The position numbers were made by a program, and so were the translations under genes. Shown here one piece after another: positions 40,775 through 54,940 of a DNA stretch of 64,000 nucleotides. Source of the stretch: the human T2T-CHM13v2.0 reference genome, Homo sapiens. Position 1 is the stretch's first letter; each line of letters opens with the position of its first letter. The notes below the pieces were generated by a model. It was not told the origin of the DNA. It was given only the letters and a program-made list of their open reading frames with translations, and did no database searches. Where the stretch lies: NCBI RefSeq assembly GCF_009914755.1, contig NC_060930.1. One strand, written 5' to 3'.

Positions 40775-41662
40775 TTACAAAAAGCATTAAAAAGTGGGCA
40801 AAGGACATGAACAGACACTTTTCAAAAGAGGAGGACGTACACGCGGAACAACAAACATATTTTTAAAAGTTCAATGTCACTGACTATTAGATAAGTAATA
40901 CAAGTCAGAACCACAATGAGATACCATCGAACACCAGTCAAAATGGCTATTATTAAAAAAAATCAAAAATAACAGACGCTGGCGAGGTTGTGGAGAAAAG
41001 GGAACACTTATACACTGTTGGTGGGAGTGTAAATTAGTTCAACCATTGTGGAAAGCAATATGGTGATTCCTCAAAGAGCTGCAAAAGGAACTACCATTTG
41101 GCCCAGCAATCCCATTACTAAATATATACCCAAAGGAACATAACTCATTCTATCACAAAGATACGTGCACACGAATGTTCACTGCAGCACTAGTCACAAT
41201 AGCAAAGACATGGAATCACCCTAAATGCCCATCAGTAGTAGACTGGATAAGGAAAATGTGGTACCTCTACACCATGGAATACTATACAGCCATAAAAAAG
41301 AATGAGATTGTGTCTTTTGAGGGAACATGCATGGAGCTGGAGGCCATTATCCTTAGCAAACTAACACAGGAAAAGAAAACCAAATACCATGTGTTCTCAC
41401 TTATAAGTGGGAGATACATGATGAGAACTCATGAACACAAAGAAGAGAACAACAGACTGGGGCCTCCTTGAGGGTGGTGGTGGGGAGAGGAGAAAGAGGA
41501 GTTGAAAAAATTACTATTGGGTACTAGGCTTAGTATCTGGGAGAGGAAATAATCTGTACAACAAACCTCCATGACACAAATTTACCTGTACAAAAAGCCT
41601 GTACATGTACCTCCTAATCTAAAATACAAGTTAAAAAATAAATAAAATAAATACAAATAAAT
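40775..41662 (+). mobile_element. L1 3' end (L1PA15/16-like)
   Basis: ORF2 C-terminus (MFTAALVTIAKTWNHPKCPS..YTMEYYTAIKKNE), 3' UTR, A tail. Confidence 0.93.
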
Positions 41663-42398
41663 GAACTCACTTAGGCTCCTCATCACTTTATAACCAAAAA
41701 GTAACTTGCTCTTCTCTTAAGACCATAGCCAACAATGTTTGAATTTCCAAAACAAAACAAAACATAATTCTGAAAGCACTGACAAACAGCACAGATCTTA
41801 ACTGAACTTAATATGAAGGCAGGAGCCACACTGCACACCACTCAACAAGACTTCTACAAATGTATTTCTCCCTTGCACTCACTCTTTCCTTAAAGTTTCA
41901 TGCTTTATAGCAGGTACCATGTCACCTCTCTTGCTGCATCTTTGGCCCTCCTTGAACATTTGGCTTTCTGTTGCTCTCTCCCACAGTCTCTGAAATCTGT
42001 CCATTTACTTTTTATCTTTATTTTTAATTTACTCTTTTTTGGCACACGGTTTGTGTATTTTGTCAAATGCATAGAATTGTGTAACCCTCGCCCCAAATAG
42101 GATACAGGAAACATCACCTCAAAGGTTCCTCACGCTTGCCCCTTTGTAATCCAACCCTCTCTTCCCCTGACCCCTGGCAGCCACTGATTGGTTATTTCTA
42201 CCATTTTGGTTTTTTTCCCTCCTTCTCTATCATTTTGGAATCACACACTATATAGATATTTGAATCTGGCTTTTTTCATTGGCATAATACATTTCAGATT
42301 CATCCAAGTTGTTGCATATATCTATAGTTTGTTCCTTTTTGTTTCTGAGTAATATTTCATTGCTCGGACACACCACAGTGTGTTTATTCATTGGCCAG

Positions 42399-42878
42399 TG
42401 TAGTGAGTGAAATTATGTCTCCAAAAAAGACATATCCAAGTCTTACTCCCCTTTATCTGTAAATGTTTTCTTATTTCAAAACAGCATCTTGGCAGATGTA
42501 ATCAAGTTCAAATGAGACCATGCTGGCTTAGAGGGGGCCCTAAATCCAATGGCTGATATCTTTATCAGAGAAAGGAGAAAGAGATTTAGATACAGAGACA
42601 TGAAAGAGACACAGGGAAGAAAGCCATGTGAGGATGGAGATAGAGATTGGAGTGAGGCATCTGCAAGCCAACGAACACTAGGGATTGTGGGAAGCCATCG
42701 GAAGGGAGGAAGAGGCAAGTAAGGATTTTTCCCTAGCACCTTTAAAGGAAGCATGGCTCTGCCAACACTTTACTTTTGGATTTCTAGCCTCCAGAACTGT
42801 GAGAAAATTAATTTCTGCTGTTTTAAGCCTCCAAATTTGTGATTTTTTTTTTTACAGCAGCCCTAGGAAACTAATGAA
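42399..42878 (+). mobile_element. MLT1C-like LTR
   Basis: tgtagtgagtgaaatt..cagcagccctaggaaactaa. Confidence 0.8.
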
Positions 42879-43061
42879 ACCAAATGAAGGATATTTGGGT
42901 TATTTATAATTTGGGGAATAAATTATGAATAAAGTTGTGATAAAAATTCATGTACAGGTTTTTGTGTGACCGTAGGTTTTCATTTCTCTAGAGTAAAATA
43001 GGAGCGAGACTGCTAGACTGTATGTTAAACACATGTTTAAGTTCATTTAAAAAACTGCCAT

Positions 43062-43307
43062 GCGGATCACGAGGTCAAGAGATCGAGACCATCCTGGCTA
43101 ATACAGTGAAACCTGTCTCTACTAAAACTACAAAAAATTATCAGGGCGTGGTGGCGGGTGCCTGTAGTCCCAGCTACTCGGGAGGCTGAGGCAGGAGAAT
43201 GGCATGAACCTGGTGGGCGGAGCTTGCAGTGAGCTCAGATAGCGCCACTGTACTCCTGCCTAGACGACAGAGCGAGACTCCATCTCAAAAAAAAAAAAAA
43301 AAAAAAA
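43062..43307 (+). mobile_element. 5'-truncated AluY/Sc
   Basis: Starts at gcggatcacgagg; TSD aaaaaactgccatgc. Confidence 0.93.
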
Positions 43308-43505
43308 CTGCCATGCTCTTCACCAAAGCAGCTCTACTGTTTTGCGCTTCTTCTAGCAATGAATAAAAATTTGAGTTGCCCTTCATCCTCACCAGTACTT
43401 GTTTTTATCAGATTCTTTCATTTGTTTTTTAAAAATTTTCGCCATTCTTATAGTTGTGTGGTGGTATCTCATTGTGGTTTAATTTATATTACCTTAATGA
43501 CTAAT

Positions 43506-43875
43506 TGTATTAGTCTATTTTTACATTGCTAAAAAACACATACCCGAGACTTCATAACTTATAAAGAAAAAGAGGTTTAATGGACTCACAGTCCCACATG
43601 GCTGGGGAGGCCTCACAATCATGGTGGAAGGCAAAGGAGGAGCAAAGGCACTTCTTACATGGCAGCAGGAAAAGCGAATGAGTTACCAGCAGGGAAAATG
43701 CCAGACGCTTATAAAACCATCAGGTCTTGTGAGAACTCACTCATTATCATGAGAACAGTATGGGAGGAAACTGCCCCATGATTCAATTATCTCCACCTGG
43801 CCGCACCCTTGACACATGGGAATTATTACAATTCGAGGACAGACTTGGGTGGGGACACAGAGCCAAACCATATCA
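43506..43875 (-). mobile_element. THE1C/D solo LTR
   Basis: tgtattag...ccatatca; perfect TSD ctaat. Confidence 0.92.
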
Positions 43876-45389
43876 CTAATGATGTAGAACATTTTTTCAG
43901 GTCCTTAAATGCCATCCATATATTTTCTTTGGTTAAATGTGTCTACAAATACTTTGCCCATTTTTAATTAAATTGTTGGCTTTCTTATTGCTGAGATTTT
44001 AGAAATTATCATTTATTCCCACATGTGCTTTATCAGATATATATTTTACAAATATCTTCTCCTAATCTTTGTCTAGTCTTTTATTACTGTCTTTTTAAAA
44101 GCAAAATTGTGAATTTTGATAAAGTCCAATTTATCATTTTTTTACGAACCAGATTTTTGGCATCATATGAAAGGACTATTTGTTGGATCTAAGATCACAA
44201 AGATATTCTCCTATGTTTTACTCTAAAGTTTTAAATTTTCATTTACATTTTATACTTACATTTAGTTCTCTGATACATTTTGACTTATTTTGTATAATGT
44301 ATGAGATATAAATTCTAGTTTACTTTTATGCATGTGGTTATCTAATTAGTCTAGCATCATTTATTGAAAATATTATGGTTTCTTCATTGAATTCCCTTTG
44401 TCCTTTGTCAAAAATCAATTGAACACATTTGTGTAAATTTACACGTAGACTCACTATTCCAGTAATCTATGTGTTACTTTTTAATATGTCTTCAAACTAG
44501 ATAGTGTAACTCCTCCGATATTTACTCTTCTCTTCCAGTATTATTTTGTGTGTTCTAGTTCCTGTGATTTCCATGTAAACTTTATTATATTTTTTATTTT
44601 AGATTCGGAGGGCACATGTGCTTGTTTGCTGCATGGGTACATTGCATATTGGTAGGGACCGGGCATCTGGTATACCTATTAGCCAAATAGTGAACATTGT
44701 ACCTGGTAGGTAATTTTTTAACCCACATAAACTCTAAAATTACCTTTTGATATATAAAAATGTGACTTTTTATTGAGATTATGTTGAATCTATATATGAG
44801 TTTTGAGTGAATTGACATTTTAACAATATTGAATTTTTCAATCTATGAACACAATATACATCTCCATTTATTAAGGTCTTATTTGATTACTTTCATCAGC
44901 ATTTCTTATTTGATTACTTTCATCAGCATTTTATAGTTTTCTGAATATAGGTCCTGCATATATTTTGTTAGATTAATACTTATTTCATATTTTCTTGGAG
45001 CTATTGAAAATGGCATGTTTTATAAATTTTGATTTTCCATTGTTCATTGGAAGTATATAGAAATACTATTGATCTTCATGCTTGAATCCTGTATACTTGC
45101 TAAAATCATTTACTAGTTCTAGGAGTTTTTGTAGGTTCTTTGAGATTTCCCATGTAGACAATCATGTTGTCTACAAATAAATAGTTTTATTTTCTTACCA
45201 ATATTTGTGCTTTTTATTTCTTTATCCTGTGTTATTGTGTTGACTAAGACTGCTAGTAGGATGATGAATAGAATTGGTAAGAGCAGAAATCCTTGCCTTG
45301 TTCCTGAAATTAGGGGAAAAGCATTCAGTCTTTCACAAATTAGAATGATACTAGCTATAGCTTTTTGTGGATGCTCTTTATTAAGTTAA

Positions 45390-45824
<435 letters not shown>

Positions 45825-46164
45825 TTACATTGACTGATTTTATAATATTAGAGAAGCTTTTTACTACTAGGATAAACCCCCATTATTTGGGATGTAGAAT
45901 GCTTTCTACATATTGTAGAATTCAATTTGCTCATATTTTCTTAAGAAATTATGCATTTTTATTCACGAGATATATTGTTCTGTAATTCTTTTCACTTGTG
46001 AAATCTTTCTCTGGTTTTAGTAATTGTAATGTTAATCTCGTAAGTGAGTTGAAAATTGCTCTCATCTTTTTCGTGGAAGATATTGCATATAATTGGTATT
46101 ATTTCTTCCTTAAGTGTTTATAGGATTCACTAGTGAAATCAGTCAAGGGTAGAGTCAATGGTGA

Positions 46165-46470
46165 AAGACCTGGTCCGAGTCCAAAGGCCTGAGAACCAGG
46201 AATGCCAATGTCTGAGGGCAGGAGAAGACAGATATCCCAGATCAACAGAGAGCAAACTTGCCCTTTCTTCACATTTTTGTTCTCTTCAGGCCCTCAATAG
46301 ATTAGAAGATGTCCAGCCACATTGGTGAGGACAATCTTCTTTACTAAGTTGCTTCAAATGCTAATGTCTTTTGGAAACACCCTCATAGATACACCCAGAA
46401 ATAATATTTTGCCAGTTATCTGGGCAAACTTCAGCCCAGTCAAATTGACACACTAAAATTAACCATCACA
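46165..46470 (-). mobile_element. MLT2 (ERVL) LTR fragment
   Basis: cagtcaaattgacac..aaattaaccatcaca terminus. Confidence 0.8.
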
Positions 46471-48019
46471 ATTGTTAACTTATTATTCTTTTAATGATTT
46501 CACTTTTCTATCTGATTGTGATAATTTGGATATTCTCTTTTCTTTCCCCTTGGTCCATATGGCTAGGAATTTATCACTTTTTTTTTTACAACGTTTCTTT
46601 CAGTTTCTCTATTATTTATGTTTTCAATTTCATTATTTTTTAAAAATCTATTATTTTCTTTATTATGCTTTATGATGGTTTAATTTGCTTTGTTTTTATT
46701 GTCTAAAGTAGAAGTTTAGATTATTTATTTCAGATAAGTTTTCTAATACAAGCATACAGAACACTTGTAAGTGACTCATACGTCTAAGAGTCTTAAGGAA
46801 AATTAGGAAGTGTCTTGAACCAAATGAAAATGAAAATGTATAATGTGTATACATTTTCATTTTCAAATCAAAATTTGTGGGATGCAGCTGAAGTAGTGCT
46901 TAGAGGGAAATTCGTAACAGTAAATGCTTTTGGATGTATACCAATAAGTGGGATTGCTGGATCATATGGTAGTTCTATTTTTAATATTTTTCAAGAAGAT
47001 TCATACTGTTTTCTATAGCTTTACCATTTTACATTTCTGCCAACAGTGTACCAGAGTTCCAATTTCTCTATATCCTTGCCAACACTTATCTTTTTTTAAA
47101 TAATAGCATCCTAACAAATGTGAGGTGATATGTCATTGTAGTTCTAATTTGAATTTCCCTGATAATGATGTTGAGCACCTTTTCATATATCTGTTGGTCA
47201 TTAGTATGTCTTCTTCGGAGAAATGTCTGTTCAAGGCCTTTGCCCAATTTTAAGATGGGTCATTTGGGTATTATGCTATTATTAATAACTTGTATGAGTA
47301 TCTTCTAAATTTTGGAAATTAACTTCTTATCATATATATGGTTTGCATGTATTTTCTCCCATTCTGTAGGTTGCCTTTTCATTCTGATGGTTGTTTCCTT
47401 TACTGTGCACAAACTTTTCAGTTTGTTGTAATCCCACTTGTCTAGTTTCCCTATTGTTGCCTATGCTTTTAGTGTCAAGAAATCATTGCCAAGACCAATG
47501 CCAAGCAGCTTTTCCCCTATTTTTTGGTAGGAGTTTTATAGTCTCTGGTCTTACAATTAAGTCTTTGATCCATTTTGAGCTGATTCTGTTCAGAGAAAAA
47601 TTCCAGATTCAGGTATATAAAATCCTCCTGCCTCAACCCCCACAAGTAGCTAGGACAGGCGTGCACCACCACATCCAGCTAATTTTATGGTATAAGGTAG
47701 GTATACAATTTCTTTTGCCTGTTTTTGTTGTTGTTGTTTTCTTTTCTTTTCTCTCACATGTTGATATTCACTTTCTTCAGTGCCAGATGTTGAAACTGTC
47801 TTTCCTTCATTACGTAGTCTTGGAAACTTTGTCATAAATTGGCTCTTTCAGTTTGTAATGCCCTTCTTTATTCCAGGAATTTTTTTATTTGAATTTTTCT
47901 TCATCTGATATTAATATAGGACCTCTTCCTTTCTTTTGATTAGTTTTTTCAAGGCATATCATTTTCCATCTTTTTTCTTGTCTATAAAATTGTATTTTTT
48001 TTATAGGTATGTTGATTTG

Positions 48020-48332
48020 GGTTTTTGTGGGGGGGGTTTTGTTTGTTTGTTTGAGGCAGGGTCTCACTCTGTTGCCCAGGCTGGTGTGCAGTGGCATGAT
48101 CTTGGATCACTGCAATCTCCGCCTCCTGGGTTAAAGTGATCCTCCTGCCTCAGCCCCCACAAGTAGCTAGGACAGGTGTGTGCTACCACACCTGGCTACC
48201 TTTTGTATTTTTTGTAGAGATGGGGTTTAACCTTGTTGCCCAGGCTGGTCTTAAACTCCTGAGCTCAAGCAATCCATCTGCTTCAGCCTCCCAAAGTGCT
48301 AGGATTACAGGCATGAGCCAATGTACCTGGCC
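48020..48332 (-). mobile_element. AluJ
   Basis: Antisense AluJ diagnostics. Confidence 0.92.
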
Positions 48333-48969
48333 TATTGTGGGTATGCTGAAAATTTTATATATCTGAATCTGGAATTTTTCTCTAATTGAACAATTGATGT
48401 TTTTTAATTTGGTTTAAACAATATTATATTTATTGAAATTATTGACATATTTGAACTTAAATCAATATTTTATTTTTTGTTTTTCTTTAGTATACTTTGG
48501 TTTCGTTGCCTGACTCACCTTTTTTTCTGTCTGCTTTTGGGTTATTTGAATATTTTTAGCTTTTTCTCTTATCTAGTGGATTTGGGGATCTACTTTTTTG
48601 TGCTATTTCTTTAGTTGTTTCTCTTTCACAATTAACTTAGAGTTAATATTTTACCACGTACAGCCATATAGGTCCCTTTTTCTTCTTCCCTTTGTGCTAT
48701 ACTTGTCATATGTATTACAGTTACAGGCATTTAAAACCACAGGACAAATATTGTAGGTTTTGTTCTAAATATTCATACATAGTTTAACTCAAAATAATAC
48801 CCTATTTTATTTACCCAGATATTTACCAATTCTGTTGCTCTCTTTTTTTCACTCCTGATGTTCCTTTTTCCCTCTAATATTATTTACTTTTCACCATGAA
48901 GAAATTCCTTTAGTTGCTGATAATGTCTTTATTTCACCTTCATTTATAAAAGAGTTTTCCTGAATATAA

Positions 48970-49353
<384 letters not shown>

Positions 49354-50868
49354 TGACTTCCATGTTTTCTGACAACAGATCTGCAGTTTTCCCCTGTAAG
49401 TAATGTGTCTTTTTTTCCTCTGGCTACTTTCTAGATTCATTTTTAAATCTTTGGTATTCCGCAGTTTGATTACGACGTGTCTGGGCCTCTACTTCATTGA
49501 TGTGTATTGAGCTCCTTGAATCTGTAAATTTGTATCCTCAACTAATTTGGAAATTTTCTATTATGATTATTTCAAATATTTTTTCTGGCACTCTTTTTGC
49601 ACTCCTTTCACTTTCCTTCAGGTACTTCAATAATTTAAATGTTAGAGGTTTTGATATTTTCCCACATATACCTGAGCCTGTGTTTGGTTTCTTTTCTATT
49701 TTTTTCTCTCTGTACTTCAGATTAGATCATTTGACTCTATCATTATGTTTGTTTATTTTTTTAAGATATCGCCATCATTCCATTGAGGCCAGATAATACT
49801 TTTTTACTTATGATATTATATACTTTTATTCTACAGTTCCGTTTAGTTACTTTTCAATTGTTCCTCTTTTTCTGCTGAGAGTTTGTATCTTTTCATTCAT
49901 TTCAAGAGTGCTTGCCTTTACTTTATGGCACATGGTCATTAAAGCTGCTTTAAAATCTTTATTTGATTATTCCAACATCTGGGTCTTCTTGGCTTCGGGG
50001 TCACTGATTGTCCTTTTCCTTGAGAATTGCTTAAATTTTCTGGTTATTTGTATGTTGAGTGATTTTTGAATTGTATTATAGATGTATGAAATTAAATGTG
50101 AGACATACTGAATATAATGTAGTGAGACTCTGTATCCTGTTAAAATCCTCCAAACAATGTTCTTTTTTGATTGGTTTGTTTGGCAGTCAATTTATAAAAC
50201 AAAGCTATTTTTGTAAAATGCTATTTTTCTTTGAGTATGTTCTACACATTTAGCTCAGGTGGGATCTCGGGACTTGTGTTGGTCTATGTACCATAATTAG
50301 AGTGTACCCTTCTCTAGCTATGTCTTCTCAAAGATCCTGCCACTCTTTGGCTGTTAGAGACTATTTTACCAGTTCTTCTGGCCAGAAAGATGAGCTTCTT
50401 TTTGGATTTTAGGCCCAGTGCTCTTGCACTGTTCTGTGCAATGGGGGCCACACTTGGGATACAGGGGTAAGAATATAACAGAATAAATAAAAGATTCCTG
50501 CACACTATTCAGGCTACTTGGATCCCTTTTTCCCATTCCTCTGACCACAGATATGGATTAGCTCTTGGGATTTGTATACCCCACCACCACCATATCTAGG
50601 CAATACATCACCATGACCGGGGCTGGCCTCAGGCAATGCCAAGAAAGGAAAAAGAGAAACAAACAGAAAAAAAAACAGGGATTTCATTTCATATTCTCTT
50701 TCAGTGACTTATTTTTGCTGGTCATCTGATTGGAAAGATGGCTTTCTTTTGGGTTTTGCTCTCCACACCTGTGGCACAGTTTCACCTCTCAGAGTGTTGT
50801 TGGTTTTCCATGAATCAAAGCTGAGACATAGAGGAGGAGAATGAACAGAAAACTTACTAGTACTAGCT

Positions 50869-51283
50869 TGTTATGAACTGAGTGTTTGTGCTCCTGGAAA
50901 ATTCATGTGTTGAAATATTAACCCCCACAATGCAATGGTATTCAGAGGTGGAGTCTTTGAAAGGTAAGTAGGTCATGGAGGTGGAGTCTTCTAGAACGGG
51001 ATTAAAGTCCTTATAAGAGGAGACATGACAGCTTCCTTCCTCCCCCTCCCCCCGCTTTCTCTCTCTCTCTCTCCCCCTGCCCTCTTTCTTTCTATCTCCC
51101 CCTATATGAGGATATAACAAGAAAGTAGCCATCTGCAAAGCAGGAAGTGTGCCCTCACCAGACATCAATCTGCTGGTGCCTTGATCTTGGACTTCCCAGT
51201 CTCCAGAACTGTGAGAAATAAGTTTGTGGTTTAGCCACCCCACCTATGCTATTCCATTATAGCAACCCAAACTGACTAAGACA
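50869..51283 (+). mobile_element. MLT1A-like LTR
   Basis: tgttatgaactga...gactaagaca. Confidence 0.85.
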
Positions 51284-52009
51284 TGGTTATTCTTCAAGCT
51301 TTGACTTCCTGTCTGTATTTACCTCTTATTGTTTACTTTTTAAGTCTTCAAATAGTTGTCTTATGTATTCTTTCCAGAGGTTTGAGTTTTAACCAATGGG
51401 TTAGATAAGAAATAGTTGGCTTGCTCCACCTTGGCCACCCACAAATCTGTCATATACTCATTATTTAGAATAATTTGTCTCTTGGCTTCTCTCATTTTTA
51501 TTCTTTATTCATTAACTAAATGACAATTTTTTCCTGCCACAATGACATTGATTCTACTGAAGTAAGGATAAAGTAATGTCTCTTCAAGAACAATACTTAC
51601 CTGCCCACCATGGATTTTTATTTTTCAGTTTGTTAAAGGGTGTCACATATTAAAAACTTTGTAAAGTTAAATTAATGTGATCATTATGGCATGCGTCCAT
51701 CATTCAGTTTACTGGTAAAGGAGATTTAAAAGCCCAACAGAATAACATGGAAACTATAAAACTTTAAATCACCTATCTGCTCTTAAGTTAGAATTGTCAT
51801 TTTATACAGCTAAAGGATCAGTAGTCTGTAATAATATATCTCTTCTTCTCATACAAGAATGTGATTAGAAAGACACCATATGGTAGCAGTCTGTGTTTTA
51901 TATATAAATGGGGCAGGGGAAGGAGGAGGAGTGAAAGAGAGGGAAATAAAGGTACTTCTGATTGTTAACCAAGTATAAGATATATCAAGATGAATTCTAT
52001 TTCTCTGAC

Positions 52010-53620
52010 AAACAGAGCACCCACTATGCAAGGCAGGCTTCTTGTTACATGCTGGAGGAAATCTTTTAAATGCCTAAGACAAGTTTTCCTATTTCTTAGG
52101 AGTTTGGTAGGAGAAACAACCTGCACACCATTGTTTTAAAGGAAGTTAAAGAGTTATAATGCCAAAAGGTGATCAGTATAAACCACAATGGATGTTCCAC
52201 AATAAAACGGTGGATGAGTTAATCATGAAAGAGTTAGAACCCCTAAAGAAGAGTGGGGATTGGAGAATACAATGTTTTGGGTAAATGCAAAGATAATAGA
52301 ATGAATAGAATGAGTTAGCAGAAAAATATAAAGCATAGAAAGGAAATATCACAAGATTCCATTTTCTACTGAGTGGTAGGAGATAAAGCTGAAAATGTGG
52401 ACTAGGACCAGATCACTGAGAATGTTAAAAGCCAAGGCAAAAAAAAATTAACTTGGTAATTAGCAAAAAGCCACAATAGAAGGTGGTTGAATAGGATGAA
52501 TGGCACCATAGGAGCTATGATTCTGGAAGACCTATCTGTAATGTGAATTATGATGATGCTTGAGTAGGGAGGAACACGGATAAAAGAATGTCAGCTGGAT
52601 TGATACAATGATCTGGACAAGAGTTAGCAATTTTAGCTAAGGTGATAAAAGAAATGGAATGGAAAGAAGATTGATTAAAAGTAAACTTGATGATGGTCCT
52701 GGGTGCCTTGGAAATAGGAAACACAGAGGGGTGACCGGTTGGGGAGAAAAGTAGGCAAGTATAGCCAAAAATATTGAATTTGAGTTGCTTCTAAGACAAT
52801 CTGTTAGAGATGCTCATCAGGCAGGTAGGATGGAAGGGCTCAACAGCACAGGAGAGGAGACAGCTCTGGAAATGGAAAGGCAAGTGATGAGATCAAGGAT
52901 GTAAGGAATTTCCAGGGGCGTGAAGGGGAAAAAAAGAGAAAACCATGGGAGATATCTGACTTTCCAGGACAGGAGGTAGAGAACAGAGAGATGCTTTGAA
53001 AAAGAGGTAGAAACAGTATCAATTCTGAACAAGGTCTCAGAAGACAAGGGAAAAGAGTTTTAAGGAGGTGTGGCAGTGCTGTAGGGAGCTCAGCAGGGTA
53101 AGCACTGAGACACTTTGCAATTGAGAGACCAGTGGTGACTGCTGCAGGAGCAGTTGTGATGGCAGAAGCAGGGATACAAGAGTGAAGGATTAATATGGTT
53201 TGGCTGTGTCCCCACCCAAATCTCATCTTGAATTGTAGCTCCAATAATCCCCACGTGTTGCAGGAGGGGCCCAGCAAGAGGTAATTTATGTATGGGAGCA
53301 GTTACCCTCATACTGTTCTTGTGATAGTGAGTGAGTTCTCACAAGATCTGATGGTTTTATTAGAGGCTTTTCCCCTTTTACTCAGCACTTCTCCTTCCTG
53401 CCACCATGTGAAGAAGGACATGTTTGCTTTCCCTTCCACCATGATTGTAAGTTTCCTGAGGCCTCCCCAGCCCTGCAGAACTGTGAGTCAATTAAACCAC
53501 TTTCCTTTATAAATTACCCAGTCTTGGGTATGTCCTTATTAGCAGCATGAGAACAGACTAATACAAGGATCAAGAGGCTGAGACTGGGAGCAAGGGGCAC
53601 AGTGCACGTACCTCTCTTGA
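52010..53620 (-). mobile_element. L2 fragments interrupted by THE1
   Basis: Purine-rich antisense L2 pattern. Confidence 0.6.
53191..53565 (+). mobile_element. THE1B/C solo LTR
   Basis: taatatggtttggctgtgtcccc...gactaataca; perfect TSD aggat. Confidence 0.93.
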
Positions 53621-54842
53621 AAAAGTCTAGGAGTCATGACCTAGATTCTACAGTACAACCTGAGAGGAGTATGACCTCTACTGGGTAGATCTGCTAACAA
53701 TTTGAGGGAAATAACTGTCCGATGGTGTCAGATGTTCCAGCTAATTAAGACACCCCAAAAAATTATGTGGAAAACAAGAAATGATGGATTCAAGCAAAAG
53801 GTTTTCCTCAAACAGAATGATACAGATTTTCTTTTCTTCAAAAATCTCTTTTATCTCATTTCATAAAAAGACTTATTCCCCTGCCTCACTGTCTTTGTCA
53901 GGTTTATGTTCCCGCAGAAGACAAAGAATGGTGTTACATTCCAAAGATGCACACTATGAAGAAAGAACACTCTCCTTCCTAGCAGAGGGAAGGGGAAAAA
54001 AGCAAAGCAATGAGCTGGGATGCTCTCATGGAAAGCAGATGTACCACTTTGGCCTTGCATTCCCACTTGCAGCCAAACTCATTCTACAACCTACAGACTC
54101 CTTGCTTGGGAGTTTCCAGTGGGAAGTTAACTGTGCCTCTCGTTCTTCTTCACTCCACTCCACTTCACTCCCCAGTTGGTTTTATTAACAGCACCTCCTC
54201 CTTGCCCTTCTCATCCCACAGCCACCACCTGCTTCCATAAGACAGTGAGGAGCACAGCAGGAAGAGAAGGAGTCTTGCCGAGAGCCAGCATCTCCTACTC
54301 CTCCGCCATTAACTGGTAAACGCAGACCGCAGGCTCCTCCTTTGACACTGGGGAGCTAGAATGTTCCCCTAAGCACTTCGTGCTCTGAGACTTTATAAAA
54401 ATGTGAAAAGAGGGCTTGGGAAAAAATGAGAAGATCTGTAGTCTGGGTTTTTGGGCCCTCCCTGGCTCTCACTCTGCCACTGCTTACAGTGACTGACACT
54501 CTTAGGGAGATACTACAGTGCCCTGTTTAAAAATTTCACTGAGGTTACTTAACGCTCATTTTTTAAAACTGCAATGAAATGGAAAATGAGGAAATGGCAA
54601 GGTCAGCTTCATCCTGGCTACTTTCAGCCCGTCTTCCCAGGAACTTTATCCAGGACACAGCGGAGCTTACATGCAAATTCGTCTCCTCCAGGACTGACAA
54701 GTGTGACAGGACTTTTTGTAGGACATGCTAAATCTAGGAATCATCAAAGGGTAAGTTCTTAAAGGAAATTCTGGGCTGGTGAGGTGATCCATTCTGTCCT
54801 CTTTTTTCCTCTTTTCTCTGCCTTCTCTCTCTCCTCTTTTCC

Positions 54843-54940
54843 TTCTGCAGAGACACTTGATGTAAGGGCCAGGAATGCCTTCTGCCTAAGTTCTGCAGAG
54901 ACATTTGATAAGACGTAGGGCAGGAATACCTTCTGCCTGA
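54843..54940 (+). repeat. Imperfect tandem duplication, about 48 bp x2
   Basis: ttctgcagagaca..ggaat(g/a)ccttctgcct occurs twice. Confidence 0.85.
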
